Source: Phoronis australis (lineage: Eukaryota > Animalia > Phoronida). From it: a stretch of 64,000 nt of DNA. A program made the position numbers and the translations under genes. The stretch covers positions 255,415-319,414 of the forward strand of contig NMRA01000063.1 in assembly GCA_002633005.1 (NCBI GenBank), in the 5' to 3' direction. Positions 38,401 through 49,492 of this stretch are shown in pieces; the stretch's first letter is position 1; the number at the start of each line of letters is the position of its first letter. The notes beneath the pieces were generated by a model. The model did not search any database. It saw nothing but the letters and a program-made list of their open reading frames with translations, and had not been told where the DNA came from.

Positions 38401-38887
38401 ACATGTGAAGCTCGCACGCGTGCATTTCTCAAGTGTCATCTCGTGAGAATAGTTGCAATCCAAGTTATTGTTAGGCCTACTGGTCATCTGCGCACTACAG
38501 CTCTAATAAGATCGCAGGATGGCACAGGGCTATTACTCACCAATTTTGTAAATTTAATTGTGATTGACTAATCTGTGGGCAACAGGACATTTCTTGGGAT
38601 CGTCCGCTGTTATGACACTTTTAGGGACATTTGGCGACTTGACGATAAAGCTCTTTCAGTGAAAAGTTCTACGCGTTCCGAGTACGTGTGTCATGTGGTA
38701 CTCTGATCATGAGGTAAGATTATCCGCCCAGGGCGGTTGTCTGTCGTAATAAGCGCTCATGTTCAGTTAACCGCCCACCCTGGATTTCTTGAAATTTCAC
38801 GTTTAAGCGCCCATGTCTGGTTAACCGCCCACCATGTTTTGGGTTTGCCAATTTAAATGCCCAGGGCATTAACCCGAACGTTTACGG
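35406..38887 (-). mobile_element. Family P full copy in reverse orientation, containing a solo LTR
   Basis: TA|CCGTAAACGTTCG ... CGAACGTTTACGG|TA. Confidence 0.85.
35911..36807. mobile_element. Probable solo LTR (~897 bp)
   Basis: ATGTG|AGTCAGA ... TCTGACA|ATGTG (5-bp TSD; 5' TG appears mutated to AG). Removing it restores the family P sequence seen, reversed, near 42975-43010. Confidence 0.65.
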
Positions 38888-39544
38888 TAAATGCACAATA
38901 ACACACAGCAGTGGCAAAGGTAGGCGCGAAAATGTAACAAGTTATAACAAAAGTTATTTCACAAGTTCTCAATAATAAACAGGTAACTAGATTACAACAA
39001 AACCAAACCAATATAAACAAACAATGTAAAGGAACAAAAATGCAAACTACTATGATTACAAAATCTACTTGCGTTAACCACTATTTCATGTAAATTTTAA
39101 AGTAACTTCATGACTTTAGTAATAAACTTGAAAAGGAATTTTATTGAACAATCACATATCCACAAGTCAAGGAACCATGATGTACCCAGCAACAAACAAC
39201 CCACACCATTAGTCAGTATCATCTTGTATCTATTACACACTTATCGAGAGTAACGTCCACACTTGTCAAGGATACGAATTTGAAACAACTAGGAATAACA
39301 TGCAATCAATTCCGTTATTCGTAAGTCACTTTTGAATATTATAATACTTGCACATATCTACTTTTTACAAATATTTCAGATTAGCTATTTTTTTCTGAAA
39401 GTGCATGTTGTGAGAAACATGATGTTTAATCAGACTAATATGTGGAGTCTTACATTACAGTTTTTGTTTCCTGTAGCCCTAACTTTGTTTCATTTCCACG
39501 TTCATATGCTGTTAAACTGTAGGCTTACTTGGGGGTATTTATCA

Positions 39545-40479
39545 CAGTGGCGGATCTAGGATATCACAAGGGGGGGCCCAACATTTTGTCCGGCTGGAAG
39601 CATTTGCGCAAACTGAACCACGATTGTAGATGCGCATAGCACCGAATGGGGGGAGGCGCCCAGGAAATTTTTCTGTTTTTACCTCTAAAAATCAAGCATT
39701 TTCCTTGATTCCTGAAGTATTATCCAAGAAAAAAAAAGGCAAAAAAAACACGGAGAACGTGTCAAACAGGAAAAAAATGCAAGCGTCAAAGACTCGAACT
39801 CACGACCTAGCCAGTTGAGCACGCGTACGTTACCACTACACCACCACGATTTAACTACAACTCCTCTACTGAAAGACTTACTTGTTTATGGGCCACAGCG
39901 TTTGCGCACGTAACCAACTTCTTTTTGTAATGCTTATTACACGTTTTATATTTTGTGCCATCAATTCTTAACAAATTTTATGTATTTGAAATAGTCTTCA
40001 AATGCCCAAAAGACCAAATCCATTTTTCGTGTTGGCAATAATGACGGGATTGCTTTGGAAACCGTCTTAAGATAAGGTTTGACAAAGAGAGTATTGCGAG
40101 TTTCTGAGTGATTCACTAAGGCTTCGATTAAAATTCACATCTTACCAGCAGCTTCTGTTTTTTCATCGCCACTCAGGTTCCATTTTCTTTAAAAAATGAA
40201 GTAAATTGTCTTCAATGCACAGTGGAGCAGACGACGGAAACGGAGTCGTAGTGCACAGCGCCGCTGCCGGTCGCCTAGGATATCGCGGGAGATTCTATAC
40301 TTAGCCATAGTTCCGTTACGAACGCGCCGTGTTCCGAATTTGACACTTGAAATTGGAGCCCCCCCGGGGTTAATTAATAAACTCACCATTTCCCTACGCT
40401 CTTACTGTTTTATTTTTTTTGCGGCAGCCAAGGGGGGGGGGCCCGGGCCCCCTGGGCCCCCCCCCTAAATCCGCCTATG
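39545..40479 (+). mobile_element. hAT-like MITE with a 5-bp TSD, inserted into a 40-bp tandem repeat
   Basis: TATCA|CAGTGGCGGATCTAGG ... CCTAAATCCGCCTATG|TATCA. Confidence 0.85.
39771..39848 (-). promoter_or_regulatory. tRNA-derived Pol III cassette (A box, B box, T7 terminator) inside the MITE
   Basis: Minus strand: TGGTGTAGTGG ... GTTCGAGTC ... TTTTTTT; no complete cloverleaf. Confidence 0.5.
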
Positions 40480-40686
40480 TATCATGTGCTGTTAAACTGT
40501 AGGCTTACTTTGGGGTATGTACCATGTGCTGTTAAACTGTAGGTTTACTTTGGGGTACGTACCATGTGCTGTTAAACTGTAGGCTTACTTTGGGGTACGT
40601 ACCATGTAAATTCTGAGGACGATAGGCTAGTTTGTCTTTTTTAATTGTTTTTGAATTGACTTCAGTTTCCATTTTTGTCCTTTCAG

Positions 40687-40855
40687 TCCACAGTTATTAG
40701 ACTTAGCTGTGGCGGCCCAGACTCCAGCAGCCCAGCAAGCCCTCATGGACATAGTCAAATTTGATGACTCGTACCAGACGGACCTGGCGGAGCGCTATCT
40801 TTTGGCTGTGGCATACTCTAGTCACCCAACTGAAGCACTGCTGGAGGACTTGCTG
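40687..40855 (+). CDS. MTTP: MTTP-like exon (169 nt, phase 2 to 0)
   Basis: tttcag|...|gtaggc; PQLLDLAVAAQT...LAERYLLAVAYSSHPTEALLEDLL (compare MTP PQLVDAVTSAQT...LQERFLYACGFASHP). Confidence 0.95.
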
Positions 40856-41214
40856 GTAGGCTGCAGAATGCTTGATTTTGTCACATTTTTTATAAAAATA
40901 CTCTTACTGGGCTACAAATACTGTATTCTTGTCAGTGGTTTCAACACTATGCACTGAAGCTAAACTTGCATTTGTCTCTTTGTTTCTTGAAGCGACCACA
41001 AATTTATTTCATGGTTTGGTGAAATTTTGAAATTAGAAATACTTTAATTATTGTGTTACTTAACATTTGCATCATAAGGAATGTACCATTGCTTTTGAGT
41101 CTCTTCCTCCTTCCGTACATTTTCATTTTCATAAAATATTTCTCAGATTCTTTGGCCTAACTATTTTATTTTTCTAATACTCTGAAAGTTAGATATACAC
41201 TTATTTTATTCCAG

Positions 41215-41559
41215 GGTCTCTATGAAAAGAATTTGGGAATAGAATCCCTCCGAGCCTCTGTTAGCTTGGCGTTGGGCGCAGTGTTACATACATACAACTT
41301 GCAGCAGGCAAAGCTGAAAGACTCGTTTAAAGACAATAAGACGATTGTTGAAAAAATTCAGAATTCATTGCTTAAGACTTTGAACTCCTGTGAGGACACA
41401 TTGTGTAAAGTGGTAACCTTGCGGTCATTGGCCAATGCACGACTATCTGACATGTTGCCGATATTGATGAAATTTGCTGAGGAATCGGATGTTTACTCTG
41501 TCTCATCAGCAGCCCTGAAAGGTCTAAAAAATTTAGGAGAGAAGCATTATTCATCACAG
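41215..41559 (+). CDS. MTTP: MTTP-like exon (345 nt, phase 0 to 0)
   Basis: ttccag|...|gtcagt; helical domain LRASVSLALGAV...LRSLANARL..MLPILMKFAE. Confidence 0.92.
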
Positions 41560-41692
41560 GTCAGTTTCTCAGTTTCAAAGAATGTTTCATTACACACAGT
41601 AAATTCAGTATTTTTTCAAGATGTCTCCTATGACTTTGATTTTGTTTGTTGTCAAATTTTTTATTAATATCTTGTTTTTATTAATTTAATTA

Positions 41693-43497
41693 CCGTAAAC
41701 ATTCGGGTTAACTCCCTGGGCGGTTAAATTGGCGAACCCAAAAATTCGGGGGTGGGCAGTTAACCAGACATGGGCGCTTAAACGTAAAATTTCAAGAAAT
41801 CGCGGGTGGGCAATTACCCGAACATGGGCGCTTATTACGACAGACAACCGCCCTGGGCAGTTAATCTTACCTCATGATCTTAGTCCTCACATGTACGTAG
41901 TGGGAACTCGTAACACTTTGCAAAGAGCTTTATCGTCACGAAATGCGCACTCTAACTAACACACTGTTTCGAATTTGTGGACTGTGGTCAAATTCCGAAC
42001 GTTTGCATAGACAGCGTACTGCATAATTCAGCACCTCAGATGAGAACGATTATTGCGAATTCTCTTCATTTCACTATACTTCGCAGACATTGGTGAACAT
42101 GTCCATTTTAACTCAGTTGTGGTCACGCGCGCTGACCGATTTTTCCTGTTTGATTAGTGCCCAGAGGTCATAGCATTTACGGCTACAGTCCCGACTGCTA
42201 GCTGTCCAAGTTCTGAGCCAAAGAGCAGTTTAAAATTAGTTGTAATATAAGTTTGAAAACCTAATTCAGATTTGATTTGGGGGCTTGCGATGCTCATGTT
42301 CTGGACTCCGTGACTCAATGAATTAATTACGTATGGTTTACAGGCGGCTGTCTTATCCCGAACGCCCGGGGCCACTCACTTCCCGTAGCGTGAAACATGC
42401 TACGGTACGCAATGACGACAAAAATCGCAGACAAGCGGATACCCTCGACGCAGTTGTCAACCAAAACATGGTTACCGCAACAGCAGTACTCAAGAACAAT
42501 TATTTGCTTAAGATTTTATTTTAAAAATTACTAATAACTTTGGCTGCAGTCCGTGGGAAAATTAGTTCGTACACGCACGGTGTCGGTAAAATAATTCGAA
42601 GATATAGCCCCAACTATTCGGGTAATCGGCACCCCTGTCTCTTGTTCAGTAACGCTAGGACCTCGCTAAAAAGCATGACCTCACGAGATTACGTGCGATA
42701 TTGCCGTGCACTTTAAGTGGGAACACGTGATTTTGGCTACATTTTCGCTGGGTCCTAGCGCAGGTCCTAGCATTACTGAACGCATGCCTGGTTTGGTATG
42801 CGACTACTGACGAGATCTAACCGGCAACGCGTCCTTACTAGTACTCGAAAGACGGACAGCCTGGATAACCCAGCAATTACATTCGTCAAAATAGGGAGAA
42901 TCTGACACCTTTCCGTGAGTTATGGGAATTCTTGAAAATCCGAGAACTTCCAACTTAAAGTGAATTTGAAGTGTTGGCAAGACCACTGTAACGTTTCTCT
43001 GGCTTTATTTTTTCGAATATGTGTTTTATCTAGAGCACTGCAGACAGATACTTAGCGCGGCAGACGGCATCGCTGAAATCGTATGTATTGAAGCCGGCGG
43101 GGTTCTTAGTTTTGCGAAAAAGGGAAGAAAATAAAGTGACAAAGCTTTCAAGGTATTACATTTTGAAGCAAATCCATGACCCAGGACAATAATTTGTTAC
43201 TTGCATTATAATTCACATTGCCAAGCCACCGTCTCCGACGCTGTCTTTGCCCTCTTTGTTATCATCGATTTTTATCTAATAATGGGTAATCACACATTTT
43301 CGTAGCACTGGGCGCATAATCATCAATTTTCAAAAGTCGCGTATGGGCGCTTAAGCGAGAGATGGGCGCTTTACTGGAATTCTTCAAAAATCGCAGAGGG
43401 GCGGTTAACCGAGCAGTGGGCGCAGTTAAATCAAAAATCCACCTACAGTAGGGGATGGGCGGTTAACTGAACATGGGTGTTACCCGAACGTTTATGG
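41693..43497 (+). mobile_element. Family P pogo/Tc1-like element, third copy
   Basis: TA|CCGTAAACATTCGGGT ... ACCCGAACGTTTATGG|TA. Confidence 0.85.
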
Positions 43498-43855
43498 TAT
43501 GTTTACTGTTTAAAAATGGAATTAATTGTGACTTCGTCATGAATCTATTTTTATTCAGTGTGAAATGGGCTTAAGGCTTGAGGCAGTTTACACTGAACAT
43601 TCAATTGTTACTGATCTGAACAGGCTGTAGTCTTGTCGTCAGGTGAGGAATTACGTCTGACCAGTGAGTGGGACTACTTCCATTCCGTGAATAAGAAGGT
43701 TCACTGGCTGAATAATCGCAGTTGTCAAATGCTTGCTGCATAATAATCGGGAGGTAGTATTTTTGAGTCGTTGAAGTCTGAACTTTTTTGTCTACTCTCA
43801 GTTAGAAATGGTTAACTTTTGAAGAAAACATACTCAGAACACGTTACATGCAGCT

Positions 43856-43950
43856 ACACGCACACACACACACCACACACACACCACACACACACACCAC
43901 ACANACCACACACACACACACACACCACACATACACACCACACACACACG
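43856..43950. repeat. Imperfect (CA)n microsatellite
   Basis: Direct reading. Confidence 0.95.
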
Positions 43951-45448
43951 CAGAGAAACCAGAAACTAACTTCTTAGTTTGCTGTGCAAAGCAGACCATT
44001 GTCAAGTTTCAAAACAAATCGTAGCATTTGTTTTCACTAAAATTCAACTCAAATTAATTTCCCCTCTTGTCACTAGAATGTGTACTTTAATGCATTTTCA
44101 TTTTGAAAATGTTTCTTTCACATATAGCAATGTGCGTGGCAATACTGGACAGACAATCAAATCAGCTGATCTGAATTACAGCTATCTCCCTTAGAATATG
44201 GCCAATTTTTGTGAGGGGAAAGTCTTTTAACTCAAATTTTTATGAGGAATTCAAATGTGAACCCTGCCCACAAAAAGGGCGAAAAATTAAATCAAATGTC
44301 TTAATTCTTCAGGCAACTTTTATCTTAATACTGTCAGATCAAAGTACAAGAAAGAGTAATCAAGTGGAAGGACTTGTAGTTTCTGACCATCCACAGTTGG
44401 CCGTTTGCCTACTCCACATGCCAAGAATTCTACATTGACATTTGGCTTACCCTCAAAATCCAGTTGCTGCCTGGTGGTTTTTGAATTGGCCCAATTATGT
44501 TGCATACCCAGCAGAATTAATGAGGAATATATTATTGCAACATTAAACAAACATTTTAGGTTGTGAAAGTCACATTTCTTGTCCAGTTTTCAAAATTCAC
44601 ATGTGCTTTTCACGAACTATTCAAATTGCTGTTTACAAACTTTCAAAAGGAAAATTTAAGAGTACTTTTGTTGCCCCCAATGTGTTTATGATGGGTCTCA
44701 TTATCTAGAGAACTATATAAGCAGCAGCCTGAAGCGATTTAATTAACCTCAACAGCATGGTGTCTTTGATCTAAACCGGCAGATTGTGAAGTGCACAAAT
44801 CAGTAGAGTTGCCCTATTTCCATCGGTCAGGGTGTCAACGTACGATTGTTTTCATGCAGACGGTCCATCACAACAATATAATATGTACTTTCTTTCAGGG
44901 AGAGCTTGTATGAGTATATGGTACATGCATGCAGATGTACACTAACCTGAAGACATACACTCAGTCATGAATCGGTGTTAGTGACAAATATTGAGTTATT
45001 GAGTGGCCTGAATTGGTATTAGTGACAGATGTTGAATTATTAAGTGTACATAAGATCAAAAAGCATAATTTGTTCTGGTCTCTGTTTTTTAAAAAGCCAG
45101 TCACTGGTGTAGTATTGTTTAGTTGCTCACTTCAAAAAAGAAAGTCTACCAGAGACGAGCCTAAAAGTATTTATTTTTTACTCATTGCTTGCCAAACCAT
45201 AGTGTTTCAAACCTTGGTGACTTTTATATTAGGTTGCTTTTCAAGAAGTGCATGAAATTGATGAGTCCAGATGTTTAGTGACAAATATTGAGTTATTGAG
45301 TGGCCTGAATTGGTATTGAGGCCAAATGTTTAGTTAGTGAGCAAAGGTAGCAAGCTGAGTCAGTAAAGACCAGAACCAACTTTGTTTTATTTGGCCTTAT
45401 GCATAATTACTCATGATGTTTTATTAAATGACAATATTCTCTCAACAG

Positions 45449-45663
45449 GTGAAAGCCATGCTGAGCAGGATATACCACCAAACACGAAGAACATTTGACA
45501 GCTCTGTCAGGACATCTGCTCTTGAGATATGGCTGACTTGTCAACCTTCTGTAGAGGACTTGAGAAGAGTCTTGTTGTCGGTAACTGATAAAGATCAGTT
45601 TGAAATGTCCAAATATGTGCTGGAAATTCTCTACAATGCAGCTCGAATGGATGAAAACGTGAG
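45449..45663 (+). CDS. MTTP: MTTP-like exon (215 nt, phase 0 to 2)
   Basis: caacag|...|gtgagg; VKAMLSRIYHQTRRTFDSSVRTSA...EMSKY (compare MTP VKKTLNRIYHQNRK...VRTAA...EMNKY). Confidence 0.95.
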
Positions 45664-46006
45664 GTGAGGCCATGGAATTGCCAGGCTTTGTGTTTTTATG
45701 GCTTATGTATATGTGAATTTAACCAAATACACTACAAGCTTGTTCCTGCCTGGAAACCATTTTTCAAACAAGAAACACAGCTGGTCCTGCAGAATTCAAT
45801 GAATTGGACCATATTCCAGTTAGTTTAAGCTTACAGATCAGTGGTTCTCAAGAGTTTGAATTAACAACTCGAGCCTGCAATGCACCACTCAGTCAACAAA
45901 CTTACCCAAACTTTTGAACTTTTTCATATGATCTTACTAAAAGATGAATTGTTTTTTTCTGAATGTCGCTATTGTAAGTATAATTCTATGTATTTCCCCA
46001 TCACGG

Positions 46007-46278
46007 CTGACATCAGCAGGTCTTGCCTGACGTCAGCAGGTCTTGCCTGGCGTCAGCAGGTCTTGCCTGGCGTCAGCAGGTCTTGCCTGGCGTCAGCAGG
46101 TCTTGCCTGGCGTCAGCAGGTCTTGCCTGGCGTCAGCAGGTCTTGCCTGGCGTCAGCAGGTCTTGCCTGGCGTCAGCAGGTCTTGCCTGACGTCAGCAGG
46201 TCTTGCCTGACAGCAGGTGACATTAGCAGGTCTTGCCTGACATCAGCAGGCCTTGCCTGACATCAGCAGGTCTTGCCC
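46007..46278. repeat. 20-bp tandem repeat, ~13 copies
   Basis: CGTCAGCAGGTCTTGCCTGR. Confidence 0.95.
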
Positions 46279-46491
46279 GAGCCTGTTTATTGGGTTACAT
46301 TAATAAACCAACTATCACTGCCCTCATGGACTCAGTGGGAGAAATACAACTTGGTCTGTAATCTTTCTTAGCAAAGGCTTGTTACTTTGCTGCAAGTGCT
46401 CAAAACGTTTATTAGTTGAGTTCCCATGTTGTTTAATATCCCAGAAATATTTCAGGAAAAAAATTAATGCGAATAATTCTACTGTTCCCTA

Positions 46492-46727
46492 GAAAATATA
46501 TATCTGAAACTAAATAAGGCGATCCAGATCCTCCCAAGGATACTATTGTTTCAAGAAATGAAGAATATAAATCGGTAAATAAAACAACAAGAATGGATCA
46601 ACTGAAATTTGAAATTTTCGGATGTAACAACTTCCTTTATCAACAAAAACAGTGATAAAGGAAGTTGTTACATCCGAAAATTTCAAATTTCAGTTGATCC
46701 ATTCTTGTTGTTTTATTTACCGATTTA
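46492..46727. mobile_element. Short insertion with a perfect 77-bp-arm hairpin (46566-46729); probable Penelope pLTR remnant
   Basis: 12-bp direct repeat TACTGTTCCCTA at 46480-46491 and 46728-46739; hammerhead-like TTGATAAAGG...CCGAAAATTTC in the arms. Confidence 0.6.
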
Positions 46728-47428
46728 TACTGTTCCCTAAGTATTCGTGCTGCCTCCCAGAATACTAGTATTTTGTCATTCCCGTTGACAAGAATTGACA
46801 CTTCACCACTCTAAAAGTAAACAAACCTTGGTAATTCATCATGAATAAAATTTCTCTGTATTAACCTAGGCAGATTTTGGTGAGATTCAGAATACAAGGT
46901 AAATCATGTCACTGTGCAAAAAATGTTTCTGATTAAAATGTTAGCGAAAAAATTACAGGATTACTTCCACTTCATTCCACATGGGAAAGGAACAAGTGAG
47001 GGTTGTTTAGCGGTGACAAAGTTAGAAACTTGAACAGTACTGCACCTGTGTGTACTTTATTAATAGATTTGTAAACAGACTGTGCTAGACAGAATCCTTC
47101 ATCTAGTTTATTTTGTGTGGAGCCACACTACCGCATATGCGATGACTTCAGGGCAATAAAATACTGGCTGAAATAAATGAAAGAATTGTGGACTAAAATT
47201 GGTGATTTTTCAATATGTTTGACTTCTGATGGAATTCCTTGTGAAAAGTAATATTGCAATCTTTGTTGACCAAGGGACGCAATCAGGGGGACATAATTGG
47301 TTGATATAACGTGCGGGCTCTAACAAAAGATCGCGAGATTTTTTGTTGAGAAACGAGATGCAATGAATTTCATTTGTTCACTATACTGTGCCATTGCCTG
47401 AAGAATTTATCTTTCACTCAATTTTCAG

Positions 47429-47526
47429 GGGAACATTGAGACAGGCCCTGGAAGATCCATGGCTGCATAATTACGATGTGCTAGCCTCGAAGGGAAAGTC
47501 TAGTGCGCTCAGTGGTTTCATGGCAG
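47429..47526 (+). CDS. MTTP: MTTP-like exon (98 nt, phase 2 to 1)
   Basis: tttcag|...|gtaggg; GTLRQALEDPWLHNYDVLASKGKSSALSGFMA (compare MTP HNYD...G.SSA..G). Confidence 0.95.
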
Positions 47527-48042
47527 GTAGGGCTGACATTTCCGTTGGTTAATTCTATAAAATAAACTGAAGATTGATGGGGTCATCTGCTTCATTACAT
47601 ACCATTCTCCTTGAGTAAAAATTTCCTCGATCACGATCTAATCTAGAATCGGGCTCAATTAAACTTGTCAAGCATGCCTTCTGTGTTGGTTCACAATACT
47701 GTGGTTAAAGGCGAAGGCAACCTTTTTCCATGTCATTTTGAGCTAAAATAAGGTTGGTTGGTTATCCTAGACATACTTTCCACTTAATTACAGCTTTTCG
47801 TAATTTTATAAATTACTCGTCCGCTACTACGGAAGTGACGTTTTAGGAGGCAAGCGTTTCCCGCCACTTGGTTTTGCATTGACTTTACCGTGCGAATCTG
47901 TTCTATTCTACTTTTGTTTTGTGCTCTTTTTCAACAATTGTCGCCACCACTTTCCATCGGCGAGTATTCTGCGGCAAGATAGGTTAGTAGTGAAATCAAC
48001 TACGTTGGATTTAGGGATTGTTTAGTGTGTTGTAAGCTGAAA

Positions 48043-48340
48043 ATGGCTGGAGTCGGTGACCCGTATCACAGTGACAGTAGTGTGAGTGACGGAGACCTTG
48101 TTCACAGCAGTGGTGACGAGGAATTTTTTCACGGACATTCAGTGGGTGGGTACATGTTTGAGCCCGAGTATAATGAGGCAGAGTACGCACAGGCACAGGC
48201 AGCTGTTGAGAGAAACGAGGCAGCTACTGACGTGGTGACACATCTTGGTGCAAATGCACTGTGTGCGTTGTTATGCCTACCTCAATGGAATGCTTATGCT
48301 GTTCAGAGTTCGACGAGGCCAAGCCACTACTGGACATGGT
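48043..48340 (+). pseudogene. KolX-like (P2X7 C-terminal Cys-rich-like) N-terminal fragment, frameshifted
   Basis: GGYMFEPEY, then in a shifted frame WCKCTVCVVMPTSMECLCCSE. Confidence 0.7.
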
Positions 48341-49030
48341 TAAGTGGACCTCCGGCATACAACGGACAGAGGAACAACTGTCCCACTTGCCAGAGTGTCC
48401 TGCGACACACTCCCACTGGATTGTGACCTGAGCACCCAAACTTCTTACACCGTGTCGTGTGACTCCCTCGCCACACACCTGGCACCTTCTAAATAGCTCC
48501 AACACTTTGATAAACTTATCAAAGTTTGGCTCACTGATCTGTTCACTGGACGACGAACTGTCCTCTTCACTGGGTGTCGAACTGGGCCTGTAATCACTCC
48601 CACGCTCTGGGGTACGTTCGGAGGCACGGGTGACAGTAGATGAAGTGCCTCCACTGGCTCCAGTCACTGTACTGGCCACAGCTCGCGAGGCTTCTCGCTT
48701 CAAAAACGCACTTCTCGGGGGTGGCGACGGGGCACTGCCGGGAATCAACACAGACGGAATGGCATCCTTCTTCAAGCGTTGTTTCGCGGGGACCTTCATC
48801 AGTTCAGCGTACAAATCCCTTTCGTAATCGGACGGCAGAAAGTGCTTGCCACACACACGGTAATTCTCCACTGCTTTGTACGTTGCGTGGACGGGTAACG
48901 CTGCGTTCTTCACACGAACGAGCCAAGTACGGCGAAGTGTGTCATCCATCGGAAAGCGATGCAAAGGCACTCCCAAAGCGCGCGTGAGCCGATAATTACT
49001 ACATCCCGGTACGCAGCAACAGTGTGGCAT
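48224..49030 (-). CDS. THAP-domain Kolobok transposase N-terminus, truncated by an internal deletion (268-aa open frame)
   Basis: MPHCCCVPGCSN...LHRFP...W...RVCGKHF...LKKDAIPS (THAP), then CQVC...WECVAGH..W; no catalytic domain. Confidence 0.8.
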   Translation of the reverse strand: MPHCCCVPGCSNYRLTRALGVPLHRFPMDDTLRRTWLVRVKNAALPVHATYKAVENYRVCGKHFLPSDYERDLYAELMKVPAKQRLKKDAIPSVLIPGSAPSPPPRSAFLKREASRAVASTVTGASGGTSSTVTRASERTPERGSDYRPSSTPSEEDSSSSSEQISEPNFDKFIKVLELFRRCQVCGEGVTRHGVRSLGAQVTIQWECVAGHSGKWDSCSSVRCMPEVHLTMSSSGLASSNSEQHKHSIEVGITTHTVHLHQDVSPRQ

Positions 49031-49316
49031 GTTGACTGACTAGTAAATGAAAGCGAACGACGACGGAACTTAACACAACCGAGGTAGAACAATGACTGAC
49101 TCGGCAGCTCTCACAGTCAGACTATGTGAAAAGAAATTGGCGGGAAGCGCTTGCCTCCTAAAACGTCACTTCCGGAAAAGCGGACGAATAATTAATAAAA
49201 TTACGAAAAGCTGTAATTAAGTGGAAAATATGTCTAGGATAACCAACCAACCTTATTTTAGCTCAAAATCACATGGAAAAAGGTTGCCTTCGCCTTCACA
49301 ACATTTGTTGAAAGTC

Positions 49317-49492
49317 TATCAATATCAATACATTTATTTGTATTGAAGGCCTCTGGCCCAAAGTGCAATAAACAAACAATTAATCAGGCACATTTGCACA
49401 AGCAGTCAACCCATTTAAGAGTTGTTCTCAGTCTTTTAAGGGCAAAATACACATATTTAAGAGCAGATATATCTGGATTAGCTAGCGGGCTA
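49317..49492 (-). mobile_element. 5'-truncated LINE 3' end
   Basis: 8-bp TSD TGAAAGTC at 49309-49316 and 49493-49500; the minus strand ends AATAAA..(ATTGAT)n. Confidence 0.6.

Larger units (their letters stand above)
47709..49295. mobile_element. Internally deleted Kolobok element (family B) with 158-bp TIRs
   Basis: TTAA|AGGCGAAGGCAACC...; TIRs at 47709-47866 and 49138-49295; two convergent ORF fragments; right TSD lost through a flanking deletion. Confidence 0.9.

Noticed and set aside
44978-45317. 43-bp exact direct repeat (44978-45020 / 45275-45317)
   Set aside because: Looks like a local duplication, with no PBS, PPT or TSD.
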